The notes under the pieces are model-generated. The model saw only the letters and a program-made list of their open reading frames with translations, was not told where the DNA came from and did not search any database. A DNA stretch of 64,000 nt, taken from positions 369-64,368 of IMG/VR virus record IMGVR_UViG_3300032308_001355, one strand, 5' to 3'. Of this stretch, positions 33,872 through 42,839 are shown one piece after another (positions within the stretch are counted from its first letter, which is position 1; the number at the start of each line of letters is the position of its first letter). The translations under genes and the position numbers were made by a program. This DNA is from a virus (lineage: Duplodnaviria; Caudoviricetes).

Positions 33872-33979
33872 TTAGTTACAAGACCTACAGTCGCAAGTAC
33901 CGCGTGTGCATGGACAAACCGCATCGGTAGGTAAATTTCCTGTACCGCTGCACCAATAACAATCTTTAACATTTTTCAT
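33872..33979 (-). CDS. Cys-rich microprotein (35 aa, not in ORF track)
   Basis: MKNVKDCYWCSGTGNLPTDAVCPCTRGTCDCRSCN; fills the gap exactly. Confidence 0.55.
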   Translation of the reverse strand: MKNVKDCYWCSGTGNLPTDAVCPCTRGTCDCRSCN

Positions 33980-34371
33980 TTAGCGTCCACCAAAAATGCA
34001 AAAGTTACTTTTGATGGGAACATAGCATCAATGTCTTCTTCTGTTAAAAGACCTTCATAAAAAGCAGACATAATTGAACCCTCATCAAGAGTTGGAATCA
34101 TTTTTATACATTTATCTTTAATTCCTTTAGATGTAAGGATAGTTTCCGCAACATCCATATCTAATGATTTAGATACACGGCGTTGTTTGGTAAGGGTTAC
34201 TTCACCTTTAAAATCATCTTCAATAACAAGCTTTTTATGACCGCGGTCATCAAAGTCTGCTTGGTCTACTTCTAGAAGAAGTTCTTCTTTTATTTGAACT
34301 GTGCGCTTTGTGAGTAAAGCGGCTTCATCCCTAAGAGCTAAGTACTGACGTACTTTTGACTTTATATCCAT
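33976..34371 (-). CDS. hypothetical protein (N-terminal coiled coil)
   Basis: ATG after AGGGGAG; own promoter. Confidence 0.75.
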   Translation of the reverse strand: MDIKSKVRQYLALRDEAALLTKRTVQIKEELLLEVDQADFDDRGHKKLVIEDDFKGEVTLTKQRRVSKSLDMDVAETILTSKGIKDKCIKMIPTLDEGSIMSAFYEGLLTEEDIDAMFPSKVTFAFLVDAK

Positions 34372-34396
34372 TTGGTTCTCCCCTGTTAGGGGCACC

Positions 34397-34425
34397 AATT
34401 TAGTGCTGGCCTACTCCTGTGTCAA
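34397..34425 (-). promoter_or_regulatory. SigA-type promoter
   Basis: TTGACA-17-TAAATT. Confidence 0.75.
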
Positions 34426-34557
34426 ATAGAGCTCTAGATGTTTAATTATGACGCTGGTCACTGTAACCTTCTCTAGGGCAGCTTTCTTCTGGACAGCCCC
34501 CCATAGGTCATCTGATACGCGGATAGTACGCGTAGGGGTTTTAGGCGCGTTAGGCAT
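34411..34557 (-). CDS. ribbon-helix-helix DNA-binding protein (48 aa, not in ORF track)
   Basis: MPNAPKTPTRTIRVSDDLWGAVQKKA...TVTSVII; leaderless TATAAT promoter. Confidence 0.85.
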   Translation of the reverse strand: MPNAPKTPTRTIRVSDDLWGAVQKKAALEKVTVTSVIIKHLELYLTQE

Positions 34558-34564
34558 TATATAA

Positions 34565-36154
34565 TTATACGACAGCTGATATAAGGAACTGCTTTAAACT
34601 GCCAATTGTAAGAGCTAATTCACCGTCCTTGTCTATTCCTTTACCGTCAATGACTGCGTCTGCTACTGCGGATTTTTGCTGCAAGGACTCCCACTGACGC
34701 TCTTCAATACTCCCACGTATAAGAATGTCAGCAATAACTATAGAGGGCCAGGTAGAAGAAGCGCGTTTGATACGTCCATTGCGCTGAACAGCTGTGCCAG
34801 AAGACCAAGGTAAGTCATAGTTTATTAGTAAGTTGGCTGCTGGTAGGTCTACGCCATAGCCTCCAGCGTCAGAACTAATTAATACGCGAATACTTGGGTT
34901 TTCATTAAAAGCAATTTTATTATCTTCTTTAGTCTTAGCATCTAAACGACCTGAGTATAAGCGACATTGGTCTGGGCCTAAAGCTTCAGCAATTTTATCA
35001 AGCATATCTACATATGTAGCAAAGATAACAACCTTATTAAGGTCATTTTGTTCTAAAAAGTCTTTTACATATTGAATTAAATAATCAAGTTTAGGTGATG
35101 AGGTTAACTCTTCTAATGCCCCAGCTTGCACTAGCTCAGCAGCGTAAGCTGAACCCTCACCGTTCATAAGATGAAACTTGCGAGCGCTAGTAGTAAGCAA
35201 ATCTGGGTGCGAACAAAGCATTTTGAGGCAGCCTATCTTAGACATAATTTTTCCACGCATTTCGTCCTCAGGCCCCCCAGAGCGACCCTCTTGACCGTAA
35301 TGGGTAAGAATGTTAAAGCTTGCTCCAAAAAGACTTTGAGCCTCTTCTAACTCCTCTACAAGGTCGTGCACAACCCTTGTATATAATTTAGAAGTTTTGC
35401 GGTCAAAATGAATCATTATAGGGTCTTGATGAATAGTGGCTGGTAAATACGGAGCAACATCATCGTCTCTTTGTGATTTACGAACACTTGCTTCTTTCAT
35501 TTTAGTGTGCAACGTTGGCAAATTTCTATAGTGTTTAACACCTCCCCATGAGTTTCGCACAATAAACGCTGAATCAAATATATCAAAACGACCAAGTACT
35601 GTTGGGTCTACAAATTGCATAATGCTATATAGCTCTTCTGGTTTTCCATTTTCAATTGGAGTACCAGTAAGCGCAAAACGGTAAGGGGTATGAAGTAAAC
35701 GTTTTACGTGTTTAGAGCGCTTAGACCTAAATGATTTTATAGCTGTTGCTTCGTCAAGTACTACAAATCCTCGTGGTAAGTCTTTGATGGAATCCCAGTC
35801 GTTAACAACTTGCTCGTAGTTAAGAATGATGTAATCAACCCCTGAATTCCTCCAGTCCATAGCTTCGGAGTATTGTGATGTTCTTTTCTTTGGCGTTCCA
35901 TCAATAACCAAAGCTTTTGAAGTTCCATTTGTAAATTTCTCAATCTGATTAGCCCACTGATATTTAAGTGAAGATAAACAAATTATAAGACCTGGCTCTG
36001 TAACTTTGTTCTCATCCATCAAACGCTCTATAGCTGCAATTGTAATAACAGTCTTGCCAAGCCCTAAATCGTAAGCAACAAGCATTTTGGTTCGCTCGCA
36101 CATACGGTCTACGGCTTCTGGTTGATAAGGTAGCAAAGTACCTTTAAAAGTCAT
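34565..36154 (-). CDS. SNF2-family (SF2) helicase
   Basis: LLPYQ, DLGLGKT, LDEA, LTGTPIEN, GVDL, QRNGR. Confidence 0.93.
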   Translation of the reverse strand: MTFKGTLLPYQPEAVDRMCERTKMLVAYDLGLGKTVITIAAIERLMDENKVTEPGLIICLSSLKYQWANQIEKFTNGTSKALVIDGTPKKRTSQYSEAMDWRNSGVDYIILNYEQVVNDWDSIKDLPRGFVVLDEATAIKSFRSKRSKHVKRLLHTPYRFALTGTPIENGKPEELYSIMQFVDPTVLGRFDIFDSAFIVRNSWGGVKHYRNLPTLHTKMKEASVRKSQRDDDVAPYLPATIHQDPIMIHFDRKTSKLYTRVVHDLVEELEEAQSLFGASFNILTHYGQEGRSGGPEDEMRGKIMSKIGCLKMLCSHPDLLTTSARKFHLMNGEGSAYAAELVQAGALEELTSSPKLDYLIQYVKDFLEQNDLNKVVIFATYVDMLDKIAEALGPDQCRLYSGRLDAKTKEDNKIAFNENPSIRVLISSDAGGYGVDLPAANLLINYDLPWSSGTAVQRNGRIKRASSTWPSIVIADILIRGSIEERQWESLQQKSAVADAVIDGKGIDKDGELALTIGSLKQFLISAVV

Positions 36155-36669
36155 ACAGGCAAGCCTACCAAACGACGTAAAACCAAAGCCTCTAGGTCTG
36201 CAATAGTTCCGTTGTTTACAAATATCTGGTCAACAGGGTAACCATCTAGTTGAGTCTCTGATGTGTGAGAGTTAACGGGCTCAACCCCTAAACGTTTTAT
36301 GCGCCATATCTGTGAGCCAGGATACCATTTTATGTAATCAGCCTCATTTGTAAAACGTACGTCTGTAAACACCACGTTGTCTATGTTTTTATATCCACTA
36401 AGAGCTTGTTTAATCCAAAAGTCTTCTCCAAACACTGTACGGGCGCCTACACCTGTAGTTTGAAGCAACTCACGTACAGTTTGATATTTTTTAGCTTCTT
36501 CCCAACCTACTTCATCAACAATAAGTTTAATGTAGTTAGGAGCAGTCTCATACAATAACTCACGAATTTTGTCAGCAAAAGCAATACGCCGATATCCGTA
36601 GTTATCTACAAGAATCTTTGCAACTGTATCTTTTCCAGACTGTGCATACCCAGTTAATCCAATAATCAA
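36151..36669 (-). CDS. deoxynucleoside monophosphate kinase
   Basis: IGLTGYAQSGKDT, FAD, RELLQ..G, DVRF.NE, HTSE. Confidence 0.9.
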   Translation of the reverse strand: MIIGLTGYAQSGKDTVAKILVDNYGYRRIAFADKIRELLYETAPNYIKLIVDEVGWEEAKKYQTVRELLQTTGVGARTVFGEDFWIKQALSGYKNIDNVVFTDVRFTNEADYIKWYPGSQIWRIKRLGVEPVNSHTSETQLDGYPVDQIFVNNGTIADLEALVLRRLVGLPV

Positions 36670-37550
36670 GGTATTTGCACGTACTTTCCAGTTAACCATT
36701 CATTAGTTGCTGTGCTAGAAGATGTTGCTATTTTATTATAAGTGTCAGACCAAGTGCTTTGTAGATTTAAAACCCACCAAGCCGTCAAAGCGGCACTTGA
36801 GTTAGAGGTACCAACCATAAATTTAGTTTTACCGTTTGGTTGAAGAGTAATCCAACGAGCATTTGCATAAAAACTTGTTTGGGTATTTCCATTACTGTAC
36901 CTAGCAATATAAGGCTTAGCTGTTGGGTCATATGGGCGCTTTTGAGACGTTGGGTCTGGATTGTCGGTAGCCCCTACTGAAACAACATCTGTCAGACAGG
37001 CAATTGAATCCATTGCAGACCTATTACCATCGTTACCAGAGGCTGCAATAACAGCCACATTATTTGCTTTTAATGATGCAACAACTTGAGTAGTTCCATC
37101 TGGAACTTTGCAACCATCAAATATTTTTCCCTGAGAAACGTTAACAGCAACTATGTTGTATTTAACACGGTTTACCGCAACCCAATCAAGAGCCAACTTA
37201 ACTGCGTTATTAGAATAAATATAAGGATTACCTTTATCTGTAATACCTACAATACGAACGGGAATTAAACCTACTGATGGGTTTACTTTATTAATAATAG
37301 AAAGCATCTCTGTTCCATGCGTAAGGGTTGGGTTAGTTGTTACTCCAGTGTTAGACGCACCAGCGCCCTCCATAAAAGGCTTGCCATTGGGGCAGTTAGA
37401 GTATTCCAATATACATACCTCTGCCACAATATTTGTAAATAATGCTGTGTTTACCCCAGAGTCAATAACAACTATTGACTTGGTTGGGTTTGCGTGAGCA
37501 GATGTAAGTGGTAGTAGTGAAAGTAATAATACAAATATAAATTTTTTCAT
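36666..37550 (-). CDS. secreted S8 (subtilisin-like) serine protease
   Basis: signal peptide ending AHA; IDSG, HGT, SGNDG, GTS catalytic motifs. Confidence 0.9.
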   Translation of the reverse strand: MKKFIFVLLLSLLPLTSAHANPTKSIVVIDSGVNTALFTNIVAEVCILEYSNCPNGKPFMEGAGASNTGVTTNPTLTHGTEMLSIINKVNPSVGLIPVRIVGITDKGNPYIYSNNAVKLALDWVAVNRVKYNIVAVNVSQGKIFDGCKVPDGTTQVVASLKANNVAVIAASGNDGNRSAMDSIACLTDVVSVGATDNPDPTSQKRPYDPTAKPYIARYSNGNTQTSFYANARWITLQPNGKTKFMVGTSNSSAALTAWWVLNLQSTWSDTYNKIATSSSTATNEWLTGKYVQIP

Positions 37551-38464
37551 AATACGATATATCCCCTTGATATGTGTTTTGAGTTGTCTAATCCAAACCT
37601 TACCTCATCCAAGCTCATACCGCCAATATCTTTGACGTCTAAGCCGTTATAGTTAAAAAACCAAGCCTCCTTCTCCATATCCTTACACATGTTGTATAAG
37701 CTCATATTTGACTTATGACCAGCCTCATCGTTGTCCATAGCAAGGACTATTCGGTCCCCACCACGAATTAAATTAAACTGATGATTAGACACTAAAGCCC
37801 CGTAAGTTGCCACCCCACCAAGTATCCCTAAGGAAGCAAGCCTAATAACATCAAGAGGTGACTCTACAACAATCATGTCTCCAGACACATACTTATCATA
37901 ACCAAATAAAGAATGGCTTTTTTGAATACCCGTAGGGTAGTTCCTAAAGTATCGTCGGTCATAACCTTTTTCTTGCCAACCTAAAAGTTTTCCTGTAGAT
38001 GCCTCACGAATAGGTATAATCCAATTTTTATTATGCCTATCCCAACAAAGCCCATAGTCACGCGCCGCGTTACTAGTTAACCCGCGAGATTTTAAAGCAT
38101 CTGATGGTGGTTCTACAAATGCACTAAGCATTGATTCTGTTATGTATGTCTGCTCTTGAATCTTTGGTTGTTCACGTGTAGCTCGGTTAAACCTTGCAGA
38201 TAACCCCTGTTCACTATCTAGCCATGACCTAGCGTCTATGTCACCCTGTTTATAATTGATAAGTGTGTAGAGGCTCCCTTTCCAACCGCAAGAAAAACAA
38301 ATAAAAGCACCGCTGTCGGCATTGATGTAAAAAGAAGGGTTACGGTCTTTATGACCTGTACGTTCTTCGTGGGCTGGGCACTCAGCTTGAATCTCATAAC
38401 CACGGTTTGAGTAGAACTCAACGCCTAAACGAGTTAAAGCGTCTTGCATTTCTTCAACGGTCAT
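37547..38464 (-). CDS. DNA primase
   Basis: CPAH...CFSC zinc finger, TOPRIM VES.LD and DND.AG. Confidence 0.92.
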   Translation of the reverse strand: MTVEEMQDALTRLGVEFYSNRGYEIQAECPAHEERTGHKDRNPSFYINADSGAFICFSCGWKGSLYTLINYKQGDIDARSWLDSEQGLSARFNRATREQPKIQEQTYITESMLSAFVEPPSDALKSRGLTSNAARDYGLCWDRHNKNWIIPIREASTGKLLGWQEKGYDRRYFRNYPTGIQKSHSLFGYDKYVSGDMIVVESPLDVIRLASLGILGGVATYGALVSNHQFNLIRGGDRIVLAMDNDEAGHKSNMSLYNMCKDMEKEAWFFNYNGLDVKDIGGMSLDEVRFGLDNSKHISRGYIVL

Positions 38465-39684
38465 AAGTCAGTCTCGTCAATCTCGCGAAATAGACCCGTG
38501 TCCCAATTCCACATAAGAGAAACTTCTTGAAAACCACCGTTACGGTTTGCAATAACCTTAAGGGTACGGGTGTCATCTACAGTTTCGTCTTCACGCTGTA
38601 GACCAAAAATAACGTCCGCATCTTGATGGAAAGAAGATGAGTAGCCAATTGCATCCGCAGTAACCTGGCCTTTTCGCATCTTCCAATTAAGAACCTGGGT
38701 TGTAGCAACTACTGGAATCTTAGCTTTTTGAGCCAAACGCTTAAGTGCGCGAGTAATGTTAGTCATCTGCTGGTTATATGCCTCAGCACCTTCCTCGTCA
38801 ATCATAAGGTAGGTACCATCAACGTAAACAATGTCTGGTTTGAAGTTCTGAATCTTGCTAGCAACGCTACTTACGGTCACACCATTAGCAGAGTCAACAA
38901 ACCACATCTCATCTTCCATGTTTTGAATGGAATCAATCTTTTGATAAAAACGCGCTTCTTCTTCATCGGTCAAAGTACCTGTTCGCAAACGATGATGAGA
39001 TACGCGAGCACGAATAGCATAGTAACGAAGTTTTTGTTCTTCGTTGTTCATTTCAAATGATAAAAACATAGGTCGTAATCCATTTAAATGATTAGTTGCA
39101 GCCATCTGCAAAGCAACTGTGGATTTACCTGTTTTTGGAGGGGCAACAATAAAAATTAACTGCCCAGCTTGCATACCAGCAGTGGAGGCATCCATAGTAG
39201 GAAACCCTGTAGAAAAACCAAGTAAACCTGGATTGTTCTTACGACGCTCATATTCTTCTTTAGCGTTTGCGGCAGCCTTTGTAATCTCAATGTCGTTAGT
39301 GCGTGAAAGACCTTCACTCTCAATACGAGCAAAACCACGTAACAAAGCATTTAGAGCTTCTTCATGGTCTTTTTTATTTTCAACTTGTTCAATAGCGTCA
39401 CTAATAGTTGAAACAACAATTGATTTTCGGCGCTCATCTACAAGACGGTCAATTAAATACTCAAGGCTATCCTCAACTAAAAGTGGTACATAAGTTGGAA
39501 AGTTTTCTTGAATTACTTCAAGGCTTGGGGTTTCTGAGTAATTAGCAAAATGGTGTTGAAGAAATTTAAAAAGCTTTTTATCACTTGGGTCATGAAACCA
39601 AGACTCGTTAACTCCTTTTTCAAATAAATAGTTAACGTTACGTCCCTGAACAATTTTGCTAAGTATCTTTGCTTCATGGTTCAT
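38461..39684 (-). CDS. DnaB-like replicative helicase
   Basis: APPKTGKS, SFEM, VDG.YL, QDAD, NRNG. Confidence 0.92.
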   Translation of the reverse strand: MNHEAKILSKIVQGRNVNYLFEKGVNESWFHDPSDKKLFKFLQHHFANYSETPSLEVIQENFPTYVPLLVEDSLEYLIDRLVDERRKSIVVSTISDAIEQVENKKDHEEALNALLRGFARIESEGLSRTNDIEITKAAANAKEEYERRKNNPGLLGFSTGFPTMDASTAGMQAGQLIFIVAPPKTGKSTVALQMAATNHLNGLRPMFLSFEMNNEEQKLRYYAIRARVSHHRLRTGTLTDEEEARFYQKIDSIQNMEDEMWFVDSANGVTVSSVASKIQNFKPDIVYVDGTYLMIDEEGAEAYNQQMTNITRALKRLAQKAKIPVVATTQVLNWKMRKGQVTADAIGYSSSFHQDADVIFGLQREDETVDDTRTLKVIANRNGGFQEVSLMWNWDTGLFREIDETDL

Positions 39685-40082
39685 ATTTGGTCTAACCCCC
39701 AGTGCCCGTATCGTAATTGCCTAGACTGTATATCTAGAACACCTACTACTTCTGGCCTATATGGCAGTTCAGCAACTAAATGCTCAACTGATTCATACGA
39801 AGTGTAGTATCTAAATGGATTTGTACCCATAATGTCAAGCTTATCCATAAACTCGCCCAAGTTAGACTCATCCATTGTAAAAGAAGCTAACTCTAACGTA
39901 ACACCCTCACGAGTAGTGTAAAGGTAAAAACGACTAAGAAGCTGACGATTTATAGATTGTTCAATTTTAGGTAATTTAAATACCTTAAAACGCTTTTGTA
40001 ACTTTAGCTCCGTTTGTAAGAATACATCTGTTGTAACAATTATCCTTACGGGGAGCTCGTTACTTATATCCCCGTTTTTCAT
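39681..40082 (-). CDS. hypothetical protein (possible degenerate HAD fold)
   Basis: GDISN...; LPYRPEV.GV.D. Confidence 0.6.
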   Translation of the reverse strand: MKNGDISNELPVRIIVTTDVFLQTELKLQKRFKVFKLPKIEQSINRQLLSRFYLYTTREGVTLELASFTMDESNLGEFMDKLDIMGTNPFRYYTSYESVEHLVAELPYRPEVVGVLDIQSRQLRYGHWGLDQI

Positions 40083-40083
40083 T

Positions 40084-40398
40084 TTAAAAAACCTCTATTT
40101 TCCCATATCGTATAATAAACTTACGGTACTCTTCAGCAGAGTTTTTTGCCTTTTGAGCATCTTCTTCGGTTGCTTTGCTAAGAATCTCTAATGGATAATT
40201 ACCATTATTACTTTCTATTCTGTTCTCAACAAGTTTTGTATGCTTACACCGTTTACGAGAAATATAAACAGAACAAGTGCAAAGTAATAAACCATCTTGA
40301 GTGGTAGAGACTTCAAAAATCCCAGGACCAGGGTTATTAGACTCACTTAGAAAAACTTGTACTAGCCTTGGTTTGCTATTCACCGAAACCTCTTTCAT
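40084..40398 (-). CDS. SWIM zinc-finger protein
   Basis: CTC-x7-CKH. Confidence 0.8.
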   Translation of the reverse strand: MKEVSVNSKPRLVQVFLSESNNPGPGIFEVSTTQDGLLLCTCSVYISRKRCKHTKLVENRIESNNGNYPLEILSKATEEDAQKAKNSAEEYRKFIIRYGKIEVF

Positions 40399-41087
40399 TT
40401 CCTAAGGTCGCCTTTATTAGAAAAAATTGGAATATAAACAAAAGCTTCGTTTGCAAAACTTTCGGTCGAGTCGCCGTATAGGGCTGCCCAGTCTTCCAAC
40501 TTTATATTAGTGGTAACTATAGTAGGCAATCCGTTGTTAAAACGTGTGCGCAAAACCTCATGAAGTAAGTTCTTTTGCCAACCGCTTAAACTAGCGTGCT
40601 CTTTACCAATGTCATCAATAACTAAAACACGAATATTAAACGAATCTTGTTCGCAATTACCGAGCATTCCATTATAAATAACCTCTTGGTCATCTGTTGC
40701 GGAGTTGTTAATCAAAGCACCTTTAATGTTTAGAATCTCATTAAATGTGGTAAAGAAACAAGGCCGTACAAGGGTGTTACTTTCTTTAACATCTAGCTCA
40801 TCTAATCCAAAAGTACGAATAACTTCTTGAATAACCGCAAGAGCTAACGTTGTTTTGCCTTGACCTGGTGTTCCATAAAACATTAAACCTTTTCCGCATA
40901 AGCTACTGCCTTGGGAACGAATTACTTCTTTGTTTTTCAAACGACTTATCCATAATTTGACATCTTCTATATCTTCTTCAGATATTTCTTTGCAATCCTC
41001 AAACTCCCAACCAGTTAAGTGTGGGGGTATATGCGCAAGCTTTATCCAAGATAGGCGACGTGCTTTTAGTTCTTTACTCTTGAACAC
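40395..41087 (-). CDS. DnaC/IstB-like helicase loader ATPase
   Basis: GTPGQGKT, LVIDDIGKE, R....PTIVTTN, DLR. Confidence 0.9.
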   Translation of the reverse strand: MFKSKELKARRLSWIKLAHIPPHLTGWEFEDCKEISEEDIEDVKLWISRLKNKEVIRSQGSSLCGKGLMFYGTPGQGKTTLALAVIQEVIRTFGLDELDVKESNTLVRPCFFTTFNEILNIKGALINNSATDDQEVIYNGMLGNCEQDSFNIRVLVIDDIGKEHASLSGWQKNLLHEVLRTRFNNGLPTIVTTNIKLEDWAALYGDSTESFANEAFVYIPIFSNKGDLRK

Positions 41088-41931
41088 GTAATTTACTCCT
41101 TGACTTTTGTGAACGCTCGCGCTCTATCTCTAACTGCTCAGGTGTTGCACTCTGACGAGTCACCTGCAAGAACAGACTACCGAAATCTACTATAAACTTC
41201 TTCCATATAATCTCTGGGTCGTTAATACGTTTATCGTGTTTAATCTTGTCAAAAAAAATGTCCATCATCTGGCACTCTAAGTCGCCCGTAGTGTTGTACT
41301 CAGAACGTTTCTTGTCAAGAGCAAAACGAAAACGGCTGCGAGTAACTTGCCAAGGAGCCACGTGCCAAAGCAGTTGCATACGATGACCAAACTCAAATGC
41401 TACATCTGTAGGAGACCAATTGACACGGTTGCTATCTTCACGGCGTTTCATGCGCTCACCACGAATACGCTCATGTTGAGCCATCTTCTCTTGGTGCTTC
41501 TGCTCACGTTTTTTCTGAAGCATAGAGTCCCTGTCCTCTGGGTCTACGTACATAGGAGCGAAGTCATCCCAATCCATTTCATTTCCTCCACGCAACGCTT
41601 CCGCGTTGCTATTCTGTTTATGACTTAATAAATGTGTATTAGTATCTATGTATAGATTGTTATTAGCATTTAGCTGTATCAGCAGTATAGATGTACGGCT
41701 TTTCAGGAACTGATAACCCGCCTCAGTTACCCTTAAGTTTCGGGCAAATCCAAGCTTGCCAGTCTTGACCGTAGTGGTCTCAATGAACCCTAGGGAACGT
41801 AGGTCAGACAGAGCATTTTGAATAGCATCGCGCCCCTCCCCCAAACGCTCTGAGAGGCCTCTAGCGCCTCCGTGGTTGGGGTTTATAAGTAATTCCTCTA
41901 AGACGCCTATGGCGCGGGCTGTAATCGCCAT
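41074..41931 (-). CDS. putative replication initiator (N-terminal wHTH)
   Basis: EGRDAI..AL..L...G.I wHTH, directly upstream of loader. Confidence 0.7.
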   Translation of the reverse strand: MAITARAIGVLEELLINPNHGGARGLSERLGEGRDAIQNALSDLRSLGFIETTTVKTGKLGFARNLRVTEAGYQFLKSRTSILLIQLNANNNLYIDTNTHLLSHKQNSNAEALRGGNEMDWDDFAPMYVDPEDRDSMLQKKREQKHQEKMAQHERIRGERMKRREDSNRVNWSPTDVAFEFGHRMQLLWHVAPWQVTRSRFRFALDKKRSEYNTTGDLECQMMDIFFDKIKHDKRINDPEIIWKKFIVDFGSLFLQVTRQSATPEQLEIERERSQKSRSKLRVQE

Positions 41932-41932
41932 C

Positions 41933-42505
41933 CTAAGCCTTATCCAAGGCATCCCGCAAGGCAACCTTGACGGCCAAAACCACCGCTTCGGTTATTTCGG
42001 CCTTTAGCGCCTCATCTAAGACGTTAGGTAAAGACTTAGATTCCTTAGGTAAAGGCTTAGGCTCCACCATCAGCTCCTCTGGACTCACTACCGTTTTATT
42101 CCCTTGTTTAACGATTGAAAGTCCTTCACAAAGATTAAGCGCTTTTTTACCAACCGCTTCACAGTGCTCAAACGCATCCATGCAGTGGGTGTCTGACTCA
42201 TCCCACAAAAGCATTACAGTCTCTACCATATCGACCGCTTCTGTAATTGGATATTTAGTAAAAGAAACACTAGCGGATGGTATCGACGCTACGTTGGCGC
42301 CTTCTTTACAAAGAACAACTATCTCTTTGCCTTTATCTTTTGCGTATTGCGCAGCAAATACTTGACCTTGACTTGGTACTTTATCAAATGCAAGTACTAG
42401 GTAGGACTCTTTGCCTTTTGCGTAAAAATAATCTTCTACAAGTGCTTCTATGTTTGCTCTACTAGTAACTCCTGTACCAACAATTAACACATATAGTTTG
42501 TCCAT
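41933..42505 (-). CDS. hypothetical Rossmann-like protein
   Basis: VLIVGTG start; RBS AAGGAGG. Confidence 0.7.
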   Translation of the reverse strand: MDKLYVLIVGTGVTSRANIEALVEDYFYAKGKESYLVLAFDKVPSQGQVFAAQYAKDKGKEIVVLCKEGANVASIPSASVSFTKYPITEAVDMVETVMLLWDESDTHCMDAFEHCEAVGKKALNLCEGLSIVKQGNKTVVSPEELMVEPKPLPKESKSLPNVLDEALKAEITEAVVLAVKVALRDALDKA

Positions 42506-42548
42506 AGGGCCTCCTTATTAGGGGAGGCTCACTCTAGCATATGTTTTT

Positions 42549-42827
42549 TTATTGTCTAGTTTGGTTTACTACAACTGGTCGGTAGGCGGTTAGTCGTTCA
42601 GCAGCTTTTAGCGCCACTTTTCCTAAAAAAGCCCCAGCAACGGTTTTTACAATAAATTCTTTGCCAAACGTATCATTTAATAAATACGTACCTATTGACG
42701 ATAGTGTTAAAGAAAATATAAAATTAACAGCTACCGTTCCTATAAAAATTGACAAAAAATCAATAAATGAATCAAAAACTGCAAGGAAAAAAGAAGTAAA
42801 ACACGCAACAAGTAGTAATTCAAGCAT
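42549..42827 (-). CDS. small multi-pass membrane protein (holin-like?)
   Basis: three hydrophobic segments. Confidence 0.55.
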   Translation of the reverse strand: MLELLLVACFTSFFLAVFDSFIDFLSIFIGTVAVNFIFSLTLSSIGTYLLNDTFGKEFIVKTVAGAFLGKVALKAAERLTAYRPVVVNQTRQ

Positions 42828-42839
42828 GGGTTTAGTACA

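Noticed and set aside
14835-39684. Inteins or introns in RNR, RecA, PolA or helicases
   Set aside because: Protein lengths are ordinary and motifs are contiguous; no intein splice-junction signatures seen.
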